Source: Candidatus Omnitrophota bacterium (GTDB lineage Bacteria; Omnitrophota; Gorgyraeia; Zapsychrales; JANLHA01). From it: a stretch of DNA of 64,000 nt. Of this stretch, positions 1 to 10,156 are shown piece after piece. The translations under genes and the position numbers were made by a program. Location of the stretch: contig JAKQKX010000063.1 in NCBI GenBank assembly GCA_029560465.1, forward strand, positions 3,796 through 67,795, read 5' to 3'. Each line of letters begins with the position of its first letter. The stretch's first letter is position 1. Below the pieces are notes generated by a model, which worked only from the letters and a program-made list of their open reading frames with translations, searched no databases and was not told the origin of the DNA.

Positions 1-1150
1 GGGGCGCCAAGGACGCACAGGTTTCCTTCAAGACGGGCAGGGAACACAGGGCGTTGCGCAAGGCCAGGAGGTCTTTGGGCTGGGTTAACCCGCAGGAGAG
101 TTTTGACAGGCACTTTTCGATATCCGGAAAACCGTTCAGCAATTCTTTCAGCCTTTTCTGGACGCCGGGTTCATTTTTTAGAAGAGTGACAGCCGCCTGC
201 CGTTCCAGAATCGCCCCCGGACTTTTAAGCGGGTGGAATAACCAGTCTCTAAGTTGCCGGCGGCCCAGCGCGCAGAGCGTCCGGTTCATGGTTTCATAAA
301 GGCTGTCCAGTTCCAGCCCGAGGGTCGCGGCTGGGGAAATATGCACGTATTGCTGGTCGGCGTACAGGGCGATCCGGTCGATGTGCTTGAGCGGCTGTTT
401 ATTCATCATGCGGAGGTATTCCAGCAGCGCACCGGCCGCGGATATCGCTGCCGGAAGATCGTCAATGCCGAACCCGGCAAGGTTTTGAACCGCGAAATGA
501 TCTTGTAATGTTTTCCGGGCCAGGTCAGGATTAAAGATCCAGTCTTCGTGAGGGCTGAGGACGACGGTGTTGGTTTTCATCAGAGGGTGGTGGATCATGT
601 CCCGTATCGTATCCGCCCGGCTTTCCGGGTAAAGGCATTCCGTGACCGGCAGGCGGGCCAGGACTTCCAGCATTTGCCGGGCCGAAGGGTATGCGTTGGC
701 CAGTATGGCGCCGGCCGCCGGGTCGATAAAAGCGATTCCGAGCGGGTCTTTGCTTTTCATCCCCGGGCTGACGCACATCAGGTAGCGGGCGTCGGACGAC
801 GCGTCGTCAAGAAATGTGCCGGACGTGATCGTGCGGATGACATCCCGCTGGACGATCCCTTGGGCCTGGGAGGGGTCTTCCAATTGTTCACAGATCGCCA
901 CTTTTTTTCCGGCCTTGATAAGACGGGCAATATATCCCTCTGCCGCGTGATAGGGGATTCCGCACATGGGGACATGACTGGCCGTGCCTTTGCCGCGGGA
1001 GGTGAGGACCAGGTCCAACAGGCGGGACGCTTCCTTGGCGTCGTCAAAAAACATTTCGTAGAAATCACCAAGGCGGAAAAAGAGAATGCAGTCCCGGTGT
1101 TGGGCTTTAATTTTGTGGTACTGCTTGAGCATCGGGGTTGCTGTTTCCAT
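1..1150 (-). CDS. mutS: DNA mismatch repair protein MutS (N-terminal part; runs off the window start)
   Basis: Manual translation from ATG at 1150: METATPMLKQYHKIKAQHRDCILFFRLGDFYEMFFDDAKEAS...VPMCGIPYHAA...GKKVAICEQ, the MutS domain I signature (FxE motif). Not in the ORF track because it is truncated. Confidence 0.97.
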   Translation of the reverse strand, partial: METATPMLKQYHKIKAQHRDCILFFRLGDFYEMFFDDAKEASRLLDLVLTSRGKGTASHVPMCGIPYHAAEGYIARLIKAGKKVAICEQLEDPSQAQGIVQRDVIRTITSGTFLDDASSDARYLMCVSPGMKSKDPLGIAFIDPAAGAILANAYPSARQMLEVLARLPVTECLYPESRADTIRDMIHHPLMKTNTVVLSPHEDWIFNPDLARKTLQDHFAVQNLAGFGIDDLPAAISAAGALLEYLRMMNKQPLKHIDRIALYADQQYVHISPAATLGLELDSLYETMNRTLCALGRRQLRDWLFHPLKSPGAILERQAAVTLLKNEPGVQKRLKELLNGFPDIEKCLSKLSCGLTQPKDLLALRNALCSLPVLKETCASLAP

Positions 1151-1600
1151 AGGGGACAAGGGTCTAATCCGCTAAATCCGCGTGAGGCAGAATCCGTGAG
1201 CGGTCGGCGTCTTCTTCGTCGTTATTTCTGCCATGCCCAGGCTGTTTTCTGGGATATAAATCCACATAGTTATAACACAAATCTCCCTTTTGGTGAATAA
1301 AAGATTGTTAACGGTTTTAAGAAAAGACAAATAAATTTACCCGTGTGCGCCAGGCGGCTTGCGAAACAAGGGAGCCGTTGCCGTGGGTTCAGCCCCGGGC
1401 TTCCCTAACGTTTTTATAGAAAAATTTATAATTTATTGTTAACAAACAACTTAAATCTTTAAAATTCCATTTTTTTAATGGAAGTTCATGATAAAATACC
1501 ATTAATGATAGAATATTGCGAAATTTCCGCATAAATGTTATACTTATAACACTAATAGTATTATTATTCCGTCAATAATCCATAAAAAAGAGGGGCAATA

Positions 1601-3196
1601 ATGATAAGGCTAAAAACAGGGGTTAGTCTGATTTTTGTGTTGTGTCTTTTTCTTGCGCTGAATCCGTTGGCCAGTGCTTATGAAAGCAGTCTGATTGCCG
1701 ATCACCTGGTGATGGAGGGGAAGAATTATTATGCCTCCGGTGATTATGCCCGCGCCATTCATGAATTAAGCAAAGCCCTGCTGATCGACCCTCATAACGC
1801 TGAAGCCCAGTACTATTTAAATCAGCTGGGCGCGGCGGCGGGGGTGTTGCTGGGCCGCGGCAGCTCCTCCATGAGCCAAATGGCCCACATGTCCAGGAAT
1901 TTGGAGTGGTATAAAGCCGAATTAGCTAAAACGGAAAGAGATAATATTGAAAAGGCGCGTCTGACTCAAGCGCTGGAAGCCGAGAAAGAGAGGTTGAACC
2001 AAAAGCTCGTCAATAGAGAGAAAGAGAACAAGGTTTTGCAGCAGAAGATCGGCGATGTGCAGTCGCATTTCCGTAAGAAAGCCAGCCAGGACCGGGCCAT
2101 GATCAACGATTTGGAAAAGATCACTGCTCAAAAAGAGAGAGAGATCGCCTGCCTGAATGATGAGCTGTGCACGCTGGAAGAGACGTTATTGACCAAAGTG
2201 GAGTTGGTCGAAGAGCAGGACAAAGAGATTAAAGATCTCGCCCGGAACATACAGGAAGTTAAAAAAGTGTCTCAACAGCGCGCGGCGGAAGATCAGGTGC
2301 TTATTAAGAGTATCGAAGCCGCTTCGGAACATAAGAGTAAAGAAATTGCCAAGCTAAGCACGGATTTGGTAGAAACGAAAGGCCAGTTGGCAACCAGCAA
2401 GCAGACGCTCACGGAACAGGATAAAAGGATGAAAGAACTTGCCGATGAAATCAGCTCCCTGGAAAAAGAGCTGAACACGACAGAGAAGCGCTGGGAAAGC
2501 ACGAAAGTGGATTACGAGAAGACGATTCAAAACCTGGAAGAGGAGATTGTGCATAGCAAGACACAGTTCTCGGCGACGGATAAACAGTACAGCCAGAAGA
2601 TAAAGAATCTGCAGGGCGCTTTGCGGGAGAAGAGGAACGAGCTTAAGGCCAAGGAGAACCGTTTGATCGCCACGAATTATAAATTGGAAATGACGCAACA
2701 GGCCTTGGAAGCGAAGAACCAGGTCATAGGACAGTTGCGTAAATCCCTCTTGGCTTTGGAACAGGAGCTTGTGCATGTGCAGGCCCGTAATCAGAATGAG
2801 GTCCTTGCCAAAGAGTCCGGGAAAAACGTTTCTAAAGGGGATCAGGAACGGATTGATTTTATCCGTAAGCAGGATCAGTCGATCCTGGATTTGAAGCAGA
2901 AACTCGCGGACGCCCGTCAGGAAATTCGAAAGATTGAAAAGAGCACGGGAGAGAGCGATGTCAAGAAGCTGCTGGACCTTAAAGAACAGTTAACTATCGT
3001 GAAATTACAGCTTCAGGATCAGGGCGCCCAAACATCTCAAAACAGGGAGCAGTATGATCTTTTAAAAAGCCGGTTGGTGGACACGGAAAAACGTCTTGAG
3101 GTTTTGGTCCAGATTTCCCGGGACAAAGATATTCAGGTCAAAGAAATTGAGCGGCAGTTGTCAGAGGTCCTGACACAGGGTCGGGTTAATTTCTAA
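1601..3196 (+). CDS. Secreted TPR + long coiled-coil protein
   Basis: N-terminal signal peptide, TPR-like GKNYYASGDYARAIHELSKALLIDPHNAEA, then ~430 aa of E/K/Q/L heptad-rich sequence; purine-rich SD upstream. Confidence 0.8.
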   Translation: MIRLKTGVSLIFVLCLFLALNPLASAYESSLIADHLVMEGKNYYASGDYARAIHELSKALLIDPHNAEAQYYLNQLGAAAGVLLGRGSSSMSQMAHMSRNLEWYKAELAKTERDNIEKARLTQALEAEKERLNQKLVNREKENKVLQQKIGDVQSHFRKKASQDRAMINDLEKITAQKEREIACLNDELCTLEETLLTKVELVEEQDKEIKDLARNIQEVKKVSQQRAAEDQVLIKSIEAASEHKSKEIAKLSTDLVETKGQLATSKQTLTEQDKRMKELADEISSLEKELNTTEKRWESTKVDYEKTIQNLEEEIVHSKTQFSATDKQYSQKIKNLQGALREKRNELKAKENRLIATNYKLEMTQQALEAKNQVIGQLRKSLLALEQELVHVQARNQNEVLAKESGKNVSKGDQERIDFIRKQDQSILDLKQKLADARQEIRKIEKSTGESDVKKLLDLKEQLTIVKLQLQDQGAQTSQNREQYDLLKSRLVDTEKRLEVLVQISRDKDIQVKEIERQLSEVLTQGRVNF

Positions 3197-3405
3197 CGAA
3201 AATTTTGCTGCCTTGGAATTCTTTTGGAAGCGGCCGGGGTTTTTTTTGAAGCAACCCGAAAGGGTTGCTTTTTTCAATCAAAGGGCCGGTTATAAAAAAT
3301 CCATCCATATCAACAAAAATTATAAAGAGATATGGAATGTTCGTTGGCAATCATGGCTTCTATGATACAATAACGTATCCGTGCCCAGAGCACTGTGACA
3401 AAATT

Positions 3406-4176
3406 ATGCTGAACCGTAAAATTATTTTTGACCAAATAACGGCTTTGCTTGAAAAAAAAGTGACACCCGAAGAGATGTACGGGTGGGCTCTCGGGGTCGT
3501 TGTCACGCAGGAATATGAAAAAAGTATCCAGGAGGACCCTCTTATTCATACGGTGCTTGAAGACCTTATGAATATCGCCCAGGGGTCTGTGAATCGGCGC
3601 CCTTCGGAGGATTTGCTGGATTATTACCGGCGGTGCCTCGCCGGGCAGGATGATTATGACTCCAAGATGGCCTCATCACTGTCGAGCAAAGCATACGCGC
3701 GCTTAAAGGGCGCGGAATCCGACGAGCCCTCCTTCGCCGGGCTGAACCGGGGCCTCAAGAAATCCTACAAGAGATCCAAACGGGGGTTCCTGATTTTTTT
3801 GAGAGCGTATGTTTATTTCTTCGCCATTTGCATTATCGCTATTCATCTCGCCTCCATGTTATCTCCGGACCTGGTGGATTATGATGGTTCCGGGAACACC
3901 AATCGGTATATTATGACGGAAGCCATCCCTCACGTGACGTACGCGTTTATTCTCCTGGTGCCGTTCCACTGGCTTGTCAGAAACCAGTGGCTTTTTTTTT
4001 CCTTGCCCGCCATGATCTTCGGGGCTTTTTATTATTGGCGGGTTTCGATCGAATTGATTATTAAGCTGTCGCTTCATCAGTTTTTTATTTTGGTCATTTT
4101 GCCTTTCGGCGCTATCCCGGCCACGGTCGCATTGGTGTTGCTGCTGGTTGAATGGAAACGCACCCGAAGGAGGTAG
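3406..4176 (+). CDS. Hypothetical membrane protein (soluble N-terminus, ~4 C-terminal TM helices)
   Basis: ORF 3265..4176; ATG at 3406 preferred as start; hydrophobic C-terminal half. Confidence 0.65.
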   Translation: MLNRKIIFDQITALLEKKVTPEEMYGWALGVVVTQEYEKSIQEDPLIHTVLEDLMNIAQGSVNRRPSEDLLDYYRRCLAGQDDYDSKMASSLSSKAYARLKGAESDEPSFAGLNRGLKKSYKRSKRGFLIFLRAYVYFFAICIIAIHLASMLSPDLVDYDGSGNTNRYIMTEAIPHVTYAFILLVPFHWLVRNQWLFFSLPAMIFGAFYYWRVSIELIIKLSLHQFFILVILPFGAIPATVALVLLLVEWKRTRRR

Positions 4177-4340
4177 GGAGCACTCATTTCGGCGCGGCGA
4201 ATTTTCCCGACGAAAGATCTTTCAGGATGGGTTTCTTGGGTATTTCTGATTTGGCTTGAGAATTATTGATTTCAAAAGACATGAGGTCGCGCTGGTTTTG
4301 CGCGCAGCCAGCACAACAAGGGATAAGGCTTTTTGCCTTT

Positions 4341-4826
4341 ATGGACTATTTTGAAGAACAATCGCAGAAGGGCAGCCCCCGGGGCATTTATACGGTTGGT
4401 TTATGGCTTTTGATATCAACCGCCCCAGGTCTTTATTGGTCTTATCAGATGGGAGAAAAGTTGGTCTTTTCCCATTTAACTCCTGTCATAGCGGCGTATA
4501 CTATCGTGGCGGTTATCTGCGGGGCGGGCCTGTTTTTTAAACGGGAGTGGGCCAGAAAGGGGGCGGTGTGGCTGTTATCTATGCTGTTTATTTGGGCCCT
4601 TGTGGTTATTTACTGGCTCCTTGGGCCATCGATCAAGCCCCTGGCTTTCTGGCTGACCGATTACGTGGCGCTTGAGCAGGGCGTGATCCAGAACATTTTG
4701 TTCACGTTGTTCATTGCTTATATTCTCTGGCCGGTTATGGCTATTTTTTATTTAACATATCCCGGCGTCAAGATGCAATTTCGGAAGAATCCGCCCCCAA
4801 GAAGCGTTAAGAAGAAAATAATATAA
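4341..4826 (+). CDS. Hypothetical membrane protein
   Basis: About 4 hydrophobic segments; C-terminal YLTYPGVKMQF; start inferred at ATG 4341. Confidence 0.65.
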   Translation: MDYFEEQSQKGSPRGIYTVGLWLLISTAPGLYWSYQMGEKLVFSHLTPVIAAYTIVAVICGAGLFFKREWARKGAVWLLSMLFIWALVVIYWLLGPSIKPLAFWLTDYVALEQGVIQNILFTLFIAYILWPVMAIFYLTYPGVKMQFRKNPPPRSVKKKII

Positions 4827-4885
4827 GAATAAAATAATATAAGAATAAAAGATCTCCGGAGTATGTCTACACAAAGGGAGGGGTT

Positions 4886-5263
4886 ATGAGCAAGAAGATT
4901 TTGGTGACCGATGATAATAAAAGGATCACGGATCTGCTTGGGAAGATGCTTTCCATGAAAGGATACGAAGTCCTGACGGCCGAATCCGGTCAGGAAGCCA
5001 TCATGAAAGCCCAGAGTTTTGCTCCGGATCTTGTGATTATGGATCTCATGCTTCCGGACATGCAGGGGTCTGATGTGGTCCGTGAGCTCAAGAGCCAGCC
5101 ATCGTGCGCGGCGATCCCGGTTATCTTTTTGTCTGGCATTGCGGAAGATACGGATTCCGGCGCGTGCTCTACGCTGCAGGTTGACGGCGTTATCTATAAG
5201 TCTTTTGCCAAACCTTTTGACATGGATAAGTTTTCCAGGGAGATCGCGCGGGTCCTTTCCTGA
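4886..5263 (+). CDS. Single-domain response regulator (CheY-like receiver)
   Basis: KKILVTDD...PDLVIMDLMLPDMQG...IPVIFLSG...KPFD; GGAGG SD. Confidence 0.93.
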   Translation: MSKKILVTDDNKRITDLLGKMLSMKGYEVLTAESGQEAIMKAQSFAPDLVIMDLMLPDMQGSDVVRELKSQPSCAAIPVIFLSGIAEDTDSGACSTLQVDGVIYKSFAKPFDMDKFSREIARVLS

Positions 5264-5266
5264 TGT

Positions 5267-5599
5267 TTATTGAACCAGGACAGGGCTCTTCAGCGGGGTT
5301 TCATAGGTTTTTGAGGGATTCTTTTCAGCCAGGTTCCTTGGGGCCGGGGATGTCGGCTTGAGCTGTTTGACCGGAGCCAGAAGATCATTCTCTGGGTCTA
5401 TGACGACGGGTCGGGCCGTGTTTTCGGCGATTTGACCGGACACAATTTGAGTCTTTTCCGGAACGGCTGTTTGGGGCACATCCGGTGTTTGCATGGCTTG
5501 GATGAGCTGATAATTGTATAAACTAATCATGACAATCCCGCCGAGCACAATGAGTCCGCTGAAACCGAGTAAAATTTTAGTGAATGAGTGTCCTGTCAT
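5267..5599 (-). CDS. Hypothetical membrane-anchored protein, last gene of the pilin operon
   Basis: N-terminal TM helix; start overlaps the stop of the upstream gene (ATGA). Confidence 0.65.
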   Translation of the reverse strand: MTGHSFTKILLGFSGLIVLGGIVMISLYNYQLIQAMQTPDVPQTAVPEKTQIVSGQIAENTARPVVIDPENDLLAPVKQLKPTSPAPRNLAEKNPSKTYETPLKSPVLVQ

Positions 5600-7299
5600 T
5601 CCCCCTCCTGCCAGACCATGCGGTCGGTGATATCATTTGTAAAGGCAATAAATGTGTTGAGCGTCGGGAAATAAGGCGGGGCGGTCCCGACCAGCATCCT
5701 TTCATCATAAATGAAGTTCCGGCCGTACCCGGAGATTTGCTGTCCGGTAGAGCCGTTAAATAATCCGAATGCCCCGTAGTCATCCGTGACCACCCCGCCT
5801 AAAAGGGTGGCCGTCCCCCGGGGGCCAACCCCGGAGTCGTCGTAACTGTCAACTTGGAAAATTCCGTTTTGCGCCAGGACCGTCCCGTGCACCTGAATGT
5901 TGTCAGGGGCCGAGGTTCCGATCCTGATGTCGCCCTCCCAGGTCACCAGGCCCAGAAGATTGTTCGTTCCCGCGGCTGACGGCGGGATATATCCGGCATC
6001 ACCGGGATTCCCGACTGCGGGGGTATAATCGGAATAGACCAGGTTGTCCGTGATTTTAATATCATCTTTTCCCGATATCGTGACCGTGCTGTTGGCCGCC
6101 ACGGTGCCTTTGAGGCTGGCGACGTTCCCGTTCACATGAATGATCGTCCCGGAGTCGTCTAACCCGTCCGGAAGGCCTGTGTATGTCTGGCTGGTCCCGG
6201 CGACTAAGTCCTCCACGGTTGTCTGGTTGTTGGCCGCGTCGGTCGTGACGCGTATGGTTGTGCCGCCCTGTGTCAAGGTATAGACCTGGTTGTTGCCGCT
6301 CACGGACAGGATAACGGACGAAGCGTTTCCTCGGACATAGATCCCTCCCGTGAGGTTGCTGCCGTCATTGGGCACGTAAATTCCATCGGTGCCGAACGTC
6401 TGGCCCCCCAAGGCCTGATCAACGACATCCTGCTGCTGGGTGGCCAGGTTCAGGGAAATCGTCCCGGCGTTCCGGTTGAATCCATTATTAAAAGTTGGAA
6501 TATCGTATGTGCCGTTGGAATCAGCATTGAGGAGGACCGGCGAACCCTGGTTGTAAAAACGGGCGGTTTGTTTGTCCTGGGAGGCGATATCTTCAAAGGT
6601 CCCGCTGGGGTTAAGGGCGAAATTAAAGCGGTCATTCGTGTGCACCGGCCCGGCGAAATTTGTTTTGTCTGTGAACCAGACCTGGCTCCCGGTAGGGGTG
6701 TTTTGCGTGTTCGTGAAGAGCGCGAATTTTGCGAAATTATCTTTCTGGACCCTGACCGTGAAGTCGCCGCTTAGCATAATGGTGTTGGAAGCGCCTCCGG
6801 CGGTCCCGGTTGTCATTACCCGGTAGCTATAGGGGAAGTCCCAGGCGTCCGTCCCGGCGGCGACAGGGTCGGTCTTTTCTGTCATGATGATCATGTATTG
6901 ATAGCTGTTTTGCCCCAAGGATCCGGTGTGGTTGTATTCCGCTTGCTCGCCGTTATGGGACAAGACCGGAGAATTGTTATGCCGGACCGTGTTTAAAAGC
7001 CAGCCAAGCCCGTCCCCGGAGGAAACTTTATTGGAGGCGAAATTGATGACCCCGCTTGGGTTCGCGTTGGCGATCGTGTTGCGAAGGTAATTGTTGATAA
7101 GAATATCCAGCTGATGCAGGGCTTGCTGGTTCCCTCCCTGGGCGGCTAAAGACGCTTCCGCCATGTCCCGTTCCGCCCGGGCTTCTTTGTTCTCTTGGGC
7201 GGCCCGGAGCACAAAGATTCCGCTTGTCCCCATCAGTATAACCATAAACATCAGGGTGATCGCCATGGCAACGCCTTTATTGTTACGGATATTCGTCAT
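5596..7299 (-). CDS. PilX-like minor pilin/pilus assembly protein (DUF4900-like)
   Basis: NNKGVAMAITLMFMVILMG PilX-type N-terminus; GPVHTND and YDERM...PPYFP motifs. Confidence 0.8.
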   Translation of the reverse strand: MTNIRNNKGVAMAITLMFMVILMGTSGIFVLRAAQENKEARAERDMAEASLAAQGGNQQALHQLDILINNYLRNTIANANPSGVINFASNKVSSGDGLGWLLNTVRHNNSPVLSHNGEQAEYNHTGSLGQNSYQYMIIMTEKTDPVAAGTDAWDFPYSYRVMTTGTAGGASNTIMLSGDFTVRVQKDNFAKFALFTNTQNTPTGSQVWFTDKTNFAGPVHTNDRFNFALNPSGTFEDIASQDKQTARFYNQGSPVLLNADSNGTYDIPTFNNGFNRNAGTISLNLATQQQDVVDQALGGQTFGTDGIYVPNDGSNLTGGIYVRGNASSVILSVSGNNQVYTLTQGGTTIRVTTDAANNQTTVEDLVAGTSQTYTGLPDGLDDSGTIIHVNGNVASLKGTVAANSTVTISGKDDIKITDNLVYSDYTPAVGNPGDAGYIPPSAAGTNNLLGLVTWEGDIRIGTSAPDNIQVHGTVLAQNGIFQVDSYDDSGVGPRGTATLLGGVVTDDYGAFGLFNGSTGQQISGYGRNFIYDERMLVGTAPPYFPTLNTFIAFTNDITDRMVWQEGE

Positions 7300-7303
7300 G
7301 ATT

Positions 7304-8080
7304 TTAGTTTTTATTCCTTAATAAGACGTCCAGGCTTCCTTCCAGCGGAAGTGTCCCGAAAGGAGGGGCCTTACGTTCAAGCTGGACGTTTAGGGTTACA
7401 ATGGTTTGCGCGCCGTTTAAGCTAACCTGAAAATCAGAAATGTTCTGGGCAAAAATATCTGAATGAATGACGGCGTTGGAGCTGTCCAGGACCTGCCGTA
7501 ATAATTGTCCGCTCGCATTGATCGCATATTCGATGGTCCGGTTATTGTAAACGGAGGTGTCGCACGCGGAGCAGTCCCCCAGGCGGTCGCCGTGCGCCAG
7601 ATGCGCCTTGACGGCGTTGACCGACACTTCGATGGTCTGTTCATTGCTCGGATTGCCGGGAGGAAGGTGGCAAATCGTGACCTTGTTGTTCCCGTTCAAC
7701 GGATAATTGGACCCGCAGCCGGTCTTAAGCCAGGTGACCGGCGCTCCCCAGAACCGGATGGCCCCGTTTTCATCTATAGCCTGCGCCCCGCAGACGCAGA
7801 TCGGAATAGAGAAGCGTAAAATGTCCGACCCGTTGACGCCGGCCCCATCCTGGATGGATACTTTTAAATTGTTGCTGCTGTCCTCTCCCGATTGTTGAAG
7901 TTCGCTGGCAATCCGCTGTAAAGCCCGCCGCAGGTTTTGCTGCATCTGGATTTTCGCGTCGGTCACTGACCAGGCGTTGTTCCCGGCGATAAAAAGGAGG
8001 AAGCCCGCCAGCGTAATCATCGAGAAGATGGCGACCGCAACCAGCATTTCCACCATAGAGAACCCTTTTTGCGATTTCAT
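7304..8080 (-). CDS. PilW-like minor pilin (prepilin N-methylation site)
   Basis: QKG/FSMVEMLVAVAIF type IV prepilin cleavage motif. Confidence 0.9.
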   Translation of the reverse strand: MKSQKGFSMVEMLVAVAIFSMITLAGFLLFIAGNNAWSVTDAKIQMQQNLRRALQRIASELQQSGEDSSNNLKVSIQDGAGVNGSDILRFSIPICVCGAQAIDENGAIRFWGAPVTWLKTGCGSNYPLNGNNKVTICHLPPGNPSNEQTIEVSVNAVKAHLAHGDRLGDCSACDTSVYNNRTIEYAINASGQLLRQVLDSSNAVIHSDIFAQNISDFQVSLNGAQTIVTLNVQLERKAPPFGTLPLEGSLDVLLRNKN

Positions 8081-8091
8081 GAGTAATCCTT

Positions 8092-8553
8092 TTATAAATT
8101 GACCCTCACCGAGGCCAACTGCACGGCGGAATCCAATATGCCGTTATTGTTGATGTCTTCCCCGGCATCAATTTGTCCGTCCAGATCAAGGTCTTCTCCG
8201 ACCACCCGCCCTGTCCGCTCCCGCCAGGAAAAAGACGCGGTGATCTCCAGCAGGTCCGGGTTTGAATCGTCAATATACACAACGCCCTTCCCATTTAAGT
8301 CCGGGGCCGTAAATGTGGTGTTGTTAAAAGTGCTGTGCACTTGCGTGAAAGAGGTGTTTTCTATTTCCGCCATTTTATTTTTACACGCTAAAACCGCCAT
8401 GGATGAATGGCGGGCCATTTCGCTGAGTTCCATGCATTTAATAAAGGAAAGGATCGTGCCCATAAACAAAGGAAGCAGGATAACGGTGGTAATTAGCAGC
8501 TCAGGAAGGGTGAGGCCCTTGTGAGCGTTAAATCTGGTTCTTCTGATACGCAT
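8092..8553 (-). CDS. PilV-like minor pilin
   Basis: HKG/LTLPELLIT prepilin motif; start at 8553 has an AAGGA SD. Confidence 0.85.
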   Translation of the reverse strand: MRIRRTRFNAHKGLTLPELLITTVILLPLFMGTILSFIKCMELSEMARHSSMAVLACKNKMAEIENTSFTQVHSTFNNTTFTAPDLNGKGVVYIDDSNPDLLEITASFSWRERTGRVVGEDLDLDGQIDAGEDINNNGILDSAVQLASVRVNL

Positions 8554-8957
8554 CGGATCGTCCTTGTTAATGATGCTTAAAACCATAACTCATCAATGGC
8601 CCCAGTTAGTTAAAGTATAAAATATTTGCGTCATGAAAGCAAAAGTTCTTTGCAGTTTATCAGAAACGTGAAATCGTCCCGCCGGAGGCCTTGTCGACGG
8701 GCGGATGTTAAACAGGAAGCCGGGGGTATTCAGGAGGCCGGAGGGAAGAGTCCTCCTGGTTGGGGTTTGGGGGTTAAACCAAGGATCCGGGAGCGGGTTC
8801 CCGGGCATTAAAAAATAGAGAATGCCTTGCCCGCCCATTTTTTTAAGATTAAAATATTGTCAGTTTTAAGGTTACATGAAAACCTGGAAACAAGAGTGTG
8901 TTATAAATCAGCAACGCGTAAGAATATTAATAATAGTTTTGATTTTAAGGAGGCGGT

Positions 8958-9197
8958 ATGCCAGCCGGGGTTGTTAACTTGTGCGGAAAAATATGCCCGT
9001 TCCCGATTTTTATTATTATAGGGCAGGTTGACAAAATGAAGCCGGGTGATTCTTTGTCCTTCCTGGTTGATGATCCTTTGGTATTAAAATCAGCTCCGGA
9101 GGAACTGGAAGATTATGCCGGGATAACCCACAGCATTAAGCCGGTTCAGGAGGGTTGGATTATTTCTATTAATATGGAGTCAGATGGGGGACGATAA
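8958..9197 (+). CDS. TusA/SirA (YeeD/YedF-like) sulfur carrier
   Basis: NLCGKICPFP (CPxP motif), LVDDP; 79 aa; AAGGAGG SD. Confidence 0.85.
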   Translation: MPAGVVNLCGKICPFPIFIIIGQVDKMKPGDSLSFLVDDPLVLKSAPEELEDYAGITHSIKPVQEGWIISINMESDGGR

Positions 9198-9199
9198 GC

Positions 9200-9616
9200 A
9201 TGAAAAACTGGACAGATAACCGGGCTCTGATGGTTGCCGGGTTTGCGGCGCTTAACGTGGTCATGTATTTGACGATCAAAAAATTCTGGATCGGGGGAAG
9301 CAGCTTTTTGCCGATGATCGGCAAGCCGGGACCCGATAACAAATTTTTATTTTCCTTTATTGTTAACCTCGGCGTGATCGCCGGGGCTTTCCTGGGGGCG
9401 GTCAGCAGCGGTGAGTTCCGCCTGCGCCTGCCGCAGAATTTTTCCCGGTCTATCATCGGAGGCATTTTGATCGGCGTCGGCGTCACCCTGGCGCCGGGAA
9501 CCTGCACGACAGCGTTTGTAACAGGCATCCCGATGCTGTCTGTCGCGTCTTTCCTTTCCGCCGCCGGAATATTTATCGGCGCTTTCATGGTGTATGGTCT
9601 AACCTGGAGGAGGTGA
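9200..9616 (+). CDS. YeeE/YedE sulfur-compound transporter, half 1
   Basis: GVIAGAFLGAVSSGEFR and GGILIGVG..LAPGTC motifs. Confidence 0.85.
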   Translation: MKNWTDNRALMVAGFAALNVVMYLTIKKFWIGGSSFLPMIGKPGPDNKFLFSFIVNLGVIAGAFLGAVSSGEFRLRLPQNFSRSIIGGILIGVGVTLAPGTCTTAFVTGIPMLSVASFLSAAGIFIGAFMVYGLTWRR

Positions 9617-9619
9617 CCT

Positions 9620-10147
9620 GTGCTTTGGATAGGATTTTTATTTGGGATAGGGTTTGGTTTCTTTGTGCAGAGAGCCGGCCTTTGTTTTGCCCATGGCTTA
9701 GGTGAAATTTTTATGGGGAAAGGCAAAAGGATCGCCCGATATTTTTTGCTGATTTTTGTCATCACCGGAACAGGATTCTGGTTGTCCGGGGCCGTATCTC
9801 CGTTATTGGGATTGAAACCTGTTGGAGAAATCCGGGGACACGGTTTTTATAATGTTCTTTCCGGCTTGATTTTCGGCGCGGGGATCGCCCTCAATGGAGG
9901 CTGTGTTTTAGGAACCCTCCGGCAGATCGGGGAGGGGAATCTTTCGTTTCTGGTCGTCTTCATTGCGTTGATTCCCGGGATGGCGCTCGTGGTTTATGGG
10001 TTGAATCCTTTATTAGAGAAAGGATATCAGGCCCAGCAAGTTGTTCTTCCTGACCTGCTCGGGGTACCGGGCGGTGTTGTCATGGGGGCCCTTGTCTTGG
10101 CCGCTTTGGCGGGGTTGAAATATATACGGTCACTGAAGAAAGGATAA
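9620..10147 (+). CDS. YeeE/YedE sulfur-compound transporter, half 2
   Basis: FGFFVQRAGLCF and GLIFGAGIALNGGCVLGTL motifs. Confidence 0.85.
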   Translation: MLWIGFLFGIGFGFFVQRAGLCFAHGLGEIFMGKGKRIARYFLLIFVITGTGFWLSGAVSPLLGLKPVGEIRGHGFYNVLSGLIFGAGIALNGGCVLGTLRQIGEGNLSFLVVFIALIPGMALVVYGLNPLLEKGYQAQQVVLPDLLGVPGGVVMGALVLAALAGLKYIRSLKKG

Positions 10148-10156
10148 GATAAGGTT

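Noticed and set aside
54-1300. Plus-strand ORFs in the track (54..299, 254..508, 548..1300) and similar shadow ORFs elsewhere
   Set aside because: Antisense shadows of real genes such as mutS; no motifs of their own.
4815-4850. 16-bp AT-rich tandem duplication at a gene end
   Set aside because: Two copies only; likely slippage.
8590-8950. Riboswitch (c-di-GMP) upstream of the pilin operon
   Set aside because: No recognisable consensus on either strand.
9614-9622. In-frame UGA between the two YeeE halves as selenocysteine or readthrough
   Set aside because: GGAGGAGG just before the UGA is a strong SD for GTG 9620, no SECIS-like hairpin follows, and split YeeE pairs are known.
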